DNA from: Spirochaetales bacterium
GTDB taxonomy: Bacteria > Spirochaetota > Spirochaetia > SZUA-6 > JAFGRV01
DNA: 41,209 nt
Assembly (NCBI GenBank): GCA_016928415.1
Contig: JAFGKU010000225.1
Location: 1 to 41,209 of the forward strand
Direction: 5' to 3'
Shown piece after piece: positions 29,064 to 36,087 of this stretch. The stretch's first letter is position 1; the number at the start of each line of letters is the position of its first letter. Position numbers and translations under genes: made by a program. Under the pieces are notes generated by a model that searched no databases, was not told where the DNA came from, and worked only from the letters and a program-made list of their open reading frames with translations.

Positions 29064-29523
29064 ATCCCTGGCCCTGTCTCAGGCTTTCTCCGCGGCGCCA
29101 ATATATTCCATGGTTTTATCGTTTACAAAGGTAAACCGGCCTTCATTATCTGTTTCAAAAATCCCCAGGGGTAATAACTGTACCATCTCTTTATATTTCT
29201 TCTGGCTTTCCTTCAAGGACAATTCGGCCTGCTTTCGATCACGCCGCCCCACACGTTTTAATCATCTCACCCATGAAACGCGCTGCGGCCGGCCAATCAT
29301 CCTTAATAAAGGATATTTTCCCAATTGGTATCTGCTTCAACTTCTTCAAACACCCGGCCCGTGATTTTATTATAATTATCCGAGACATAAACGATTTTCA
29401 TTTTCCCTTCGGGGTCTACGCTTACCTTAAAAAAATAATCGGTAAGCAGACCGAAAAAAAACCGGGTAGTCTATATTGTTTTTTGATGGCATACCATATA
29501 CTCCCTATTAGTCAATTCGGAGT
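29064..29523 (-). pseudogene. Decayed sensor region of the histidine kinase (PAS fragments interrupted by stops)
   Basis: Minus-strand translation gives ...TTRFFFGLLTDYFFKVSVDPEGKMKIVYVSDNYNKITGRVFEEVEADTNWENILY*. In another frame it gives LKRVGRRDRKQAELSLKESQKKYKEMVQLLPLGIFETDNEGRFTFVNDKTMEYIGAAEKA* followed by DRARDLTRQLL. These are two PAS N-terminal halves. No intact H-box is present and there is no ORF of 60 aa or more. Confidence 0.55.
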
Positions 29524-30315
29524 TTATGAGGCTTTTGTCTGCGTGTCCCGAATAAAGTGTTGAATTGCATCGACATATTCGGGATTGTAAGTTACCGAAT
29601 ACCGCACCTTCAGGAATCCGGACTTGTTATCCAGGACTTTCGTAATTTTTCCCTTGAAATTCAGCGGATTTTCATTCATAAAAAGACGCGAAGCAAAGAT
29701 GAATCCTTCTTTTATATTCGGGTTTATGGCGGGAATTAAGAGGGTAAAATGATTGACGGAAAGGGACAATATTTTTACTTCAATCATGCGGGAAGCAATA
29801 TTGCATTGAAGGTATCTCTTTACCTGCAGCTGCTGGGCCGATTCGTTATTCAGGGAAACGGCGTTTTCCCCGAGCAGGGTATACTGGTTCTTTAACTTTT
29901 TCTGGATATCAAGAAACTGCCCTATAATGTTGATTAAATCTTCAGGCGTATTCTTATATACGACCTCCACCATGCATACATTTTCTTTATCCTTGATTTC
30001 CTCGATTCTTGAAATGGTGGTGTAAACAAAAAATTTCAGGGGTTTGTCCCTGTCTTTTGGCTGGAAGGCAAACCGGAGAAGATGGACATTATTCTGGTAC
30101 GGCCTGAGCATATTCAGTTCATTTTTGCTTAAAATGACAAACAATACTGCCTTTTGCATGGAAATAGTGAGCGGGGCGCTGATTATTGAAAACTTGCCGA
30201 TCCGTAAAACAGTCTGGGTCTGCAGCAAACCAAGCTTCCGAATGACAAAAGCATCAATTCTTACAGCCTCTGAAGCATATTTATCCCAATACTGCTTTGT
30301 TCTGTTTTTATCCAT
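29524..30315 (-). CDS. Hypothetical protein, possibly a degenerate YcgR/PilZ-like two-barrel protein
   Basis: 263 aa in an AT-rich gene. Two halves each end in a PilZ-like C-terminal pattern (...KGKITKVLDNKSGFLKVRYSVTYNPEYVDAIQHFI), but the canonical RxxxR and D/NxSxxG c-di-GMP motifs are not evident. Confidence 0.3.
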   Translation of the reverse strand: MDKNRTKQYWDKYASEAVRIDAFVIRKLGLLQTQTVLRIGKFSIISAPLTISMQKAVLFVILSKNELNMLRPYQNNVHLLRFAFQPKDRDKPLKFFVYTTISRIEEIKDKENVCMVEVVYKNTPEDLINIIGQFLDIQKKLKNQYTLLGENAVSLNNESAQQLQVKRYLQCNIASRMIEVKILSLSVNHFTLLIPAINPNIKEGFIFASRLFMNENPLNFKGKITKVLDNKSGFLKVRYSVTYNPEYVDAIQHFIRDTQTKAS

Positions 30316-30483
30316 ACTTCTATGCTTATAATATCCTAATTTTCATATTTTCTTAATTTAATCATATCCTATTAATCAATCTAGTCAAGAAAAAATAATG
30401 TAAATTCGACAATTCTCTTTTCAAACGATTAGAAAGCACTTTTATGAACGCTGCTTCGTTCAAGCCTGTTTTCAGGAGTATGG

Positions 30484-31023
30484 TTAAAAATAATGTTTTT
30501 CCTTTAAAAGCATGAATTCATGCCCAAAATTGGGTGTTATTATATTCAATCCCCTCATTTCTTCAATTTTCTCCCGGTAAAAAAACCTGCCGTCTTCAAT
30601 TTCCTCCCTGTTAATCCGGATAGCACCGTTGTGAACAAGCCTGAAAGTATAAACAAATTCCGATTCCACATCGGTCTTCCAGATATACGTGTAGAGAGGC
30701 TCCGCTTTAGCCGCCTCTATGCCCAATTCTTCAACGGCTTCCCTGTTCAGCGCTTCCATAACACTTTCCCCCTGGGCAATATGCCCTCCCACCGAGGTGT
30801 CCCAGTATCCCGGTAATAAATCTTTTGATTTTGCCCTTTTTTGCAGATATATCTGGCCTTTATTATTAAAAACATGAAGGTGAATAACAGGATGCAGGAG
30901 GCCGGGATCTTTATGGCAATCCTTACGCTCGGCCTTTCCGATAATTCTTCCCATGGTATCTACAAGGGGCAGCCATTCTTCAGTCATGTGGCATAGAATA
31001 CAATTTTCAAAACTGATTGGCAA
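30484..31023 (-). CDS. NUDIX hydrolase
   Basis: Nudix box GGHIAQGESVMEALNREAVEELGI (GX5EX7REUXEEXGU). It is preceded by an IDI/Nudix-like strand (HLHVFNNKGQIYLQKRAKSKDLLPGYWDTS). No clear SD was found. An alternative start at ATG 30990 (MTEEW) is possible. Confidence 0.7.
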   Translation of the reverse strand: MPISFENCILCHMTEEWLPLVDTMGRIIGKAERKDCHKDPGLLHPVIHLHVFNNKGQIYLQKRAKSKDLLPGYWDTSVGGHIAQGESVMEALNREAVEELGIEAAKAEPLYTYIWKTDVESEFVYTFRLVHNGAIRINREEIEDGRFFYREKIEEMRGLNIITPNFGHEFMLLKEKHYF

Positions 31024-31134
31024 GAAAAAATAAATATGATCTGTTGAATAAATGAGTAAAATGATCTATATTTTATTCTAAAATTAAAAGTATTGTGTTT
31101 AAATAAAGAGAAAAAACCTTGAAAGAGGCCGGTA

Positions 31135-32127
31135 ATGGGTAAAAAATTATCATTTATTAAAAATATCATATCAAACAAGTTCAAATTGGCAGAATTCGCC
31201 TTAACGAATATTTGTACGGCAAAATGTGATTTCTGCTCTATTTGGCAGCAAAAAGAGAAGCACATGGTCGACAAGGAATCAGCCCTGGCAACCATTCGGC
31301 ATCTTTCCAAAATGGGTATAGGTTTCATCACTCTCACAGGGGGAGAACCCCTGCTGCATCCCAATTTCGGCGATATCATCAAGGAATGTACCCGTTTAAA
31401 CATGATAAGCTCCATCCTGAATGCCGATGCCCGCTTACTCAATGAAAAACGGCTCAATGCCCTCGCAGAGGCCAAAGTGGATCTCATGTGCATATCTGTT
31501 GATTCACACCTGGATGAGGTAGCCTCGAAGTCAAGAAAAATTCCCGATTTACTTTCCCATATTGAAAAGGCGGTACATGAATTACATGCAAGGAAAATAA
31601 AGGTGATGGCTTCCACGCTTATATGTAATTACAACAAGGAGGCCTTATTCGAGCTCTTTAATAAATGCACGGAGATTGGATTTGACATGATTTCTGTAAA
31701 TTACCCTGAATTTTCCGAATCTCCCGTCTACACTCTCGGTGGTGATGCGATAAAAATATCACGGGAAGAACTCATCAAGGCGATGGAAGAAGTGATCAGT
31801 TTAAAACCGAAATTCAAGCTTGTCAATACCGTCACCTCCATCAGAAATATTATCAAATATTTGAATAACGAAACTCCTGATTTTATGTGTCTTGGAGGAT
31901 ACCGGGCCATTTTTGTGGACTGGTTCCTCAATGCTTATCCCTGCATGTATCTGGGAAGGAATCTCGGTCCCGTCCTGGAACTTACCGAGGATAAATTTGA
32001 AAAAGTGCTTTGCAATGCCTGTAACATGAGCTGGTACCGGGATTTCAGTATTTACTTCCAGGGCTTAAAATCTCTAAAACCTTTGCTTGAAGGTGTGAAT
32101 TTCACGTTAAATTTCCTGAAGCAATAG
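31135..32127 (+). CDS. Radical SAM enzyme, MoaA/viperin-like core with C-terminal Cys-containing extension
   Basis: 330 aa. CX3CX2C motif CTAKCDFC near the N-terminus, a SAM-binding glycine-rich strand FITLTGGEPLL, ISVDS and NYN motifs. C-terminal cysteines are spaced C..C..CxxC. AT-rich coding sequence. It is divergent from the NUDIX gene. Confidence 0.7.
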   Translation: MGKKLSFIKNIISNKFKLAEFALTNICTAKCDFCSIWQQKEKHMVDKESALATIRHLSKMGIGFITLTGGEPLLHPNFGDIIKECTRLNMISSILNADARLLNEKRLNALAEAKVDLMCISVDSHLDEVASKSRKIPDLLSHIEKAVHELHARKIKVMASTLICNYNKEALFELFNKCTEIGFDMISVNYPEFSESPVYTLGGDAIKISREELIKAMEEVISLKPKFKLVNTVTSIRNIIKYLNNETPDFMCLGGYRAIFVDWFLNAYPCMYLGRNLGPVLELTEDKFEKVLCNACNMSWYRDFSIYFQGLKSLKPLLEGVNFTLNFLKQ

Positions 32128-32162
32128 TAAGATAATTACCACGTTTTAAGAAGGTATCATAG

Positions 32163-32630
32163 TTGAATAAAAGGTTATTTATAGGGCTTTTTGGAATCTT
32201 AATATTACTCCTGCCCTTTCAATTGTCCGGACTTTCTTTTTTGACAGGAGACACCCAACTTGACGCCACACTTGTAAATATAAATGCCGAAGCATCGGCA
32301 GATCTGAAAGATTTCAAATCAGATTTAAGCGTAAGTTTTAATATACCCGTTATTAAATTCGAATATTTGTTCACGGAAATTAAAATGACCCCGGCCGAAG
32401 TGTATTTAACCCTGGAATTGGCAAAAATCACGAAAAAACCTGTAAAACATATATCCGATTCCTATAAAAAAAACAGGAAGAAAGGCTGGGGAGCCGTAGC
32501 AAAGGAAATGGGAATAAAGGCGGGATCAAAAGATTTCAAACAGCTGAAAGGGCAATCCATAAACCATCTGGATAAAATCAAGAAAAAAAAGAAGCAGAAA
32601 AAGCCGAAAAAGAATAAAGTAAAAAACTGA
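32163..32630 (+). CDS. Secreted hypothetical protein with a highly basic (Lys-rich) C-terminal tail
   Basis: 155 aa with a TTG start 8 nt after agaagg. Signal peptide NKRLFIGLFGILILLLPF. The tail reads KIKKKKKQKKPKKNKVKN and contains an A8 run at 32584-32591. Confidence 0.45.
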   Translation: MNKRLFIGLFGILILLLPFQLSGLSFLTGDTQLDATLVNINAEASADLKDFKSDLSVSFNIPVIKFEYLFTEIKMTPAEVYLTLELAKITKKPVKHISDSYKKNRKKGWGAVAKEMGIKAGSKDFKQLKGQSINHLDKIKKKKKQKKPKKNKVKN

Positions 32631-32862
32631 TACATATAAAACGCCTTGCAATTTCATTAATGTAATTAGCTCTTACAATCTGTTTATGGATGAATAACAG
32701 GCACGGATTTCCTTTTTTTTTTAAAATTACTTACTTTTTAATTACTTTCTATACAATAAATTAGCGTACAGTCAAGGCTGCTTTTTTATTCTTTGGTTGA
32801 CTTCTGAATTTTTTTTTATTAAATTATTATCAAAAGGATTTTAAGAAAAAGTAGGTGAGCTT

Positions 32863-33177
32863 ATGCAAATCAAAATTGATCTTAACAAAGCATCGGCAGA
32901 AGCTTCCAAGGGCGGAAGAACCAATTTCTACATCTGGCGGGACCTCAACCATTTAAAGGATTATTACAGGGATGTAATTTCACCCGAAGAAATCTCCAAG
33001 ATCGCCAACGGTATCCGTAACGGGGAAAAACTGATAAATAACAGAAGATATCAGTACCGGAAAGAACTGAGCGAACAGATGAACGAACGGGGACTCTGTA
33101 ATCTGGTCGAGATAGAGCTTCTGACGTATTCCGATGTAATGGACAAATTTTTTGACAGGTCTGCCGATAAAAATTAA
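32863..33177 (+). CDS. Hypothetical cytoplasmic protein (104 aa)
   Basis: ATG with a purine-rich leader (aagaaaaagtaggtgagcttATG). No recognisable motif. It sits between the AT-rich islet and the yhbH-spoVR-prkA module. Confidence 0.4.
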   Translation: MQIKIDLNKASAEASKGGRTNFYIWRDLNHLKDYYRDVISPEEISKIANGIRNGEKLINNRRYQYRKELSEQMNERGLCNLVEIELLTYSDVMDKFFDRSADKN

Positions 33178-33401
33178 TCAAGAGAACCTGTAGAAAATCC
33201 ATTCAGACACGTATTCCAAGAAACACGCATGTGTTGTTTTCAAAGGTATTATCATATAAAGATCCCGATAATATAATAAGAAATCACAAAAAAATTTTTT
33301 TTACATACCGGCTGGTCGCTCTTATTATCAGCATACTCCCCTTTTACTGGACTGAATCATTGAAGTGCACTATATTATAAGTGAGGGGATAATTTGGAAT
33401 A

Positions 33402-34478
33402 ATGACTGAAGACAAAATAAACTCCAACGAATCTGAAGGCGCTTTTAACGAATTCATTCAAGACACAATCGAAGATCTCCTGAATGACATTATCAACAGG
33501 GGGGGATTGGACAGGTTCGGCGACAAGGGAACTGATATCATCATTGAGATGGATGATATCGTTCCCCCAACGTTCATTTACGATGATGGAAGCGGATTCG
33601 GTCCGGGCCGGGGGAAAAAACCGGGCAGGGAAGGTGAAAAAATCCGCTTCAATCTGCCTTTTAAATCCTTCATGGAACTTTTGGCGGAGAAATTGAATCT
33701 CCCGAATCTGACCAAGGAAGGAAAAGGTAAAATAAAACAGATTTCCTATACATTCAAAACTTTCGGCCCCACGGGTGTTATTCTCGATAAAAAAAGGACA
33801 TTCAAGCGCGCGTTAAAAACAAGCGTCTGGACGGGCCTTTATAATCCTGACGCGGCCAAATACACCGTCCTTATCCGGCGCCGTGATAAAAGGTTCAAAC
33901 TGCCCAAACGGGAGGAAAAACCCAAATATCACGCCGTCGTTTTTTACATGGGGGACATATCCTATTCCACCTTCGGTGAACGGCTGGAACTGGAAAAAAG
34001 AATAGTGAATTTTATCCATCATTGGATAGATTTCAATTACGGGCCGGAAAATGTTGAACACCGCTTTTTCGTACACGACGTTGAAGCGTACGAGGTGAAC
34101 CCGGAGGATTTTTACAACATCAACAATGCCGGAGGAACAATCGCCGCGTCGGTATTCGACCTGATAAACAAGATTGCGTTTAACGAGTATGTGGTCCCGG
34201 CAACCAATTTTTACGCTTTTTACTTCGGCGATGGTGAACTGTTCGGCAATGACGCCCAGGACATCCTGAAAATTATTGATACCGGTTTACGGCCAATCTG
34301 CAACCGTATCGGCGTTGTGGAGGTGAAACCGAGTACGGAAAGCCATTTGAAAAGGGCACTGAACGACAGGTTCTATAACGATTCCATTATCCGGGTCTGC
34401 GACATTCAAAACCGGGACCAGACGGTAAATGTCATAAAAACACTCTTTGGAGAATCCAATGCTGAGCATAAAAAGTGA
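33402..34478 (+). CDS. yhbH: YhbH/YeaH family protein (DUF444, vWA-like)
   Basis: 358 aa. It aligns with E. coli YeaH across the Gly-rich segment (DDGSGFGPGRGKKPGREGE vs GGGSGGGGEGSGEGE) and the vWA core (HAVVFYMGDISYSTFGERLE...NINNAGGTIAAS...YAFYFGDGELFGNDAQ vs AVMFCLMDVSGSMDQ...ETGGTIVSS...YAAQASDGDNWADDS). Confidence 0.8.
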   Translation: MTEDKINSNESEGAFNEFIQDTIEDLLNDIINRGGLDRFGDKGTDIIIEMDDIVPPTFIYDDGSGFGPGRGKKPGREGEKIRFNLPFKSFMELLAEKLNLPNLTKEGKGKIKQISYTFKTFGPTGVILDKKRTFKRALKTSVWTGLYNPDAAKYTVLIRRRDKRFKLPKREEKPKYHAVVFYMGDISYSTFGERLELEKRIVNFIHHWIDFNYGPENVEHRFFVHDVEAYEVNPEDFYNINNAGGTIAASVFDLINKIAFNEYVVPATNFYAFYFGDGELFGNDAQDILKIIDTGLRPICNRIGVVEVKPSTESHLKRALNDRFYNDSIIRVCDIQNRDQTVNVIKTLFGESNAEHKK

Positions 34479-36084
34479 TCCGCGCATTTATGAATTATAC
34501 CAACGGGTATTGCACCATGCCAAAACCTTTGGCAGACATTTTCCCGAGATCCGTTTTTTTATTTTAGACGGCCTGGAATTTGCGTCCCTTCTTGAGAAAA
34601 ATGTTTACCCGGCAAGCCCCCTGAATATATGGGAAGGCAAGCGGATGGTGAACAAAAAAAGACGGATTGAAACGGGGGCGGAATCCTCCCTGTATTACGA
34701 GGTTGTCCAGACGGGGAACCCGGCATACGCCTACCTGAACAAGTTCAATACGCCCATGACACAGGCCTCCGTAATGGCCCATGTGGTCGGGCATTGCGAA
34801 TTTTCCGAATTGAATATACTGAAGGATTCCAGCAGGGACAGAAGTGAATACGTCATGTTCCTGGTCAGAAAAGTGGATTTATCCAGGAATCAAATGGGCG
34901 AATACCATTATCTTAATTACTGGAACGCCTGCGAATCCGCCGTGGACCTCATTGCGCCCAATTCGCAATTCAACCTGGAGCGGTCGCTGGATACCGAGAC
35001 TTTAATGAGTTACAAGGTGGAGGAAACCAGCGAAAACAAGGTAAAAACGACTAAATCGTTAATGCCTTTTTCTTCCACCCTCTCCTTCATGATTACCAGC
35101 AAGACCAAAACCGACGTATTCAAGGAAGAAGTGAATAAAAAACGGCGGCAGGAAAACCTGAGCCGTGTCGGGTACACCCTCAAAGCCCCCTGCCAGGATG
35201 TTTTTAATTTTTTAAGAAATTACGCCCCGACGAGTAAAGGGGAAAAGGCGATAATGGATTACCTTTACACGACGCATTACCCCCAGGACTTCGTACTTAG
35301 GACGCAAATCATGAATGAGGGCTGGGCAATGTACTGGGAAAAGAAAATAATGCTCGAACTTTTCAAGGAAAAGTCCGTAAAGGGTATCATCGAATATGCC
35401 AAAATTTTTTCAGGTGTTTGTTACCCCAGGCCGTATTTCTACAGAAACCCGTATCACCTTGGGTACAATCTCTGGAATCATATAGAACAACTGTATAAGG
35501 ACGGCAAGGTAACATTGGAATACCAGGAAGAAAAGGACATAGAAAAAAAGGAGTACTGGAAAAAAGAAACCGGCATCAATCCGATCAAGGCCATGGAACA
35601 CCTTATAGAAACCATTACGGATTATGAATTCTTAAGACGCTTTTTGAGCCATGACCTGATCCACGAGCTGCACTTGAACCGCATCGACAAACGGTACGCG
35701 GAATACCTGAGGATACCCGAAAAAAATATCGTGGACGCGGATAAAAACTGGGTCTGGCTTGACCCCGTCCTGGTAAAAACCGATATGCTCAATTTTTTTA
35801 CCCATTTCGGCCGTCCCAGGATTTTCGTCATCGATACCAATTTCATGGACGGCGGGCTGCTCCTGTACCATCGTGACGATAACAGGGAATTGCGGAAGGA
35901 CTGGATAAAACCTACCCTGCAGAATATAAATATTATCTGGAAGAATTCCGTCCATATTATTTCCAAGGGCATGTTATACAGTTTTTCAGGTGGTAAATAC
36001 AGCGAAACCAACATCCGACCGGTCAGTTTCGAGGAGATAACGGAAAGGATGCAAAAAAACCAGAAACCTTTCAGGGTGGAGTAG
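34459..36084 (+). CDS. spoVR: SpoVR family protein
   Basis: The start is chosen at ATG 34459 (GGAGA 6 nt upstream). The track ORF's ATG 34447 lacks an SD. SpoVR signature SLYYEVVQTGNPAYAYLNKFNTPMTQASVMAHVVGHCEF compares with YEMVINSNPCVAYLMEENSMAVQCLVIAHAAFGHNHF in B. subtilis and E. coli homologues. Confidence 0.75.
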   Translation: MLSIKSDPRIYELYQRVLHHAKTFGRHFPEIRFFILDGLEFASLLEKNVYPASPLNIWEGKRMVNKKRRIETGAESSLYYEVVQTGNPAYAYLNKFNTPMTQASVMAHVVGHCEFSELNILKDSSRDRSEYVMFLVRKVDLSRNQMGEYHYLNYWNACESAVDLIAPNSQFNLERSLDTETLMSYKVEETSENKVKTTKSLMPFSSTLSFMITSKTKTDVFKEEVNKKRRQENLSRVGYTLKAPCQDVFNFLRNYAPTSKGEKAIMDYLYTTHYPQDFVLRTQIMNEGWAMYWEKKIMLELFKEKSVKGIIEYAKIFSGVCYPRPYFYRNPYHLGYNLWNHIEQLYKDGKVTLEYQEEKDIEKKEYWKKETGINPIKAMEHLIETITDYEFLRRFLSHDLIHELHLNRIDKRYAEYLRIPEKNIVDADKNWVWLDPVLVKTDMLNFFTHFGRPRIFVIDTNFMDGGLLLYHRDDNRELRKDWIKPTLQNINIIWKNSVHIISKGMLYSFSGGKYSETNIRPVSFEEITERMQKNQKPFRVE

Positions 36085-36087
36085 AAA

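Noticed and set aside
28699-29364. 221-aa ORF on the + strand (and 29273-29563 +)
   Set aside because: Both are antisense to the kinase gene and its PAS remnants, with S/P/L-rich low-complexity translations. They are artefacts of the GC-rich opposite strand.
29524-30315. Confident PilZ/YcgR c-di-GMP receptor call
   Set aside because: The RxxxR and (D/N)xSxxG ligand-binding motifs could not be found. Only the overall two-barrel pattern is suggestive, so it is kept as a low-confidence hypothetical.
31135-32630. RiPP maturase plus precursor peptide interpretation of the radical SAM locus
   Set aside because: No short ORF with a leader/core organisation was found in the flanks. The only adjacent small protein has a Sec signal peptide and a Lys tail, which is unlike known radical-SAM-modified precursors.
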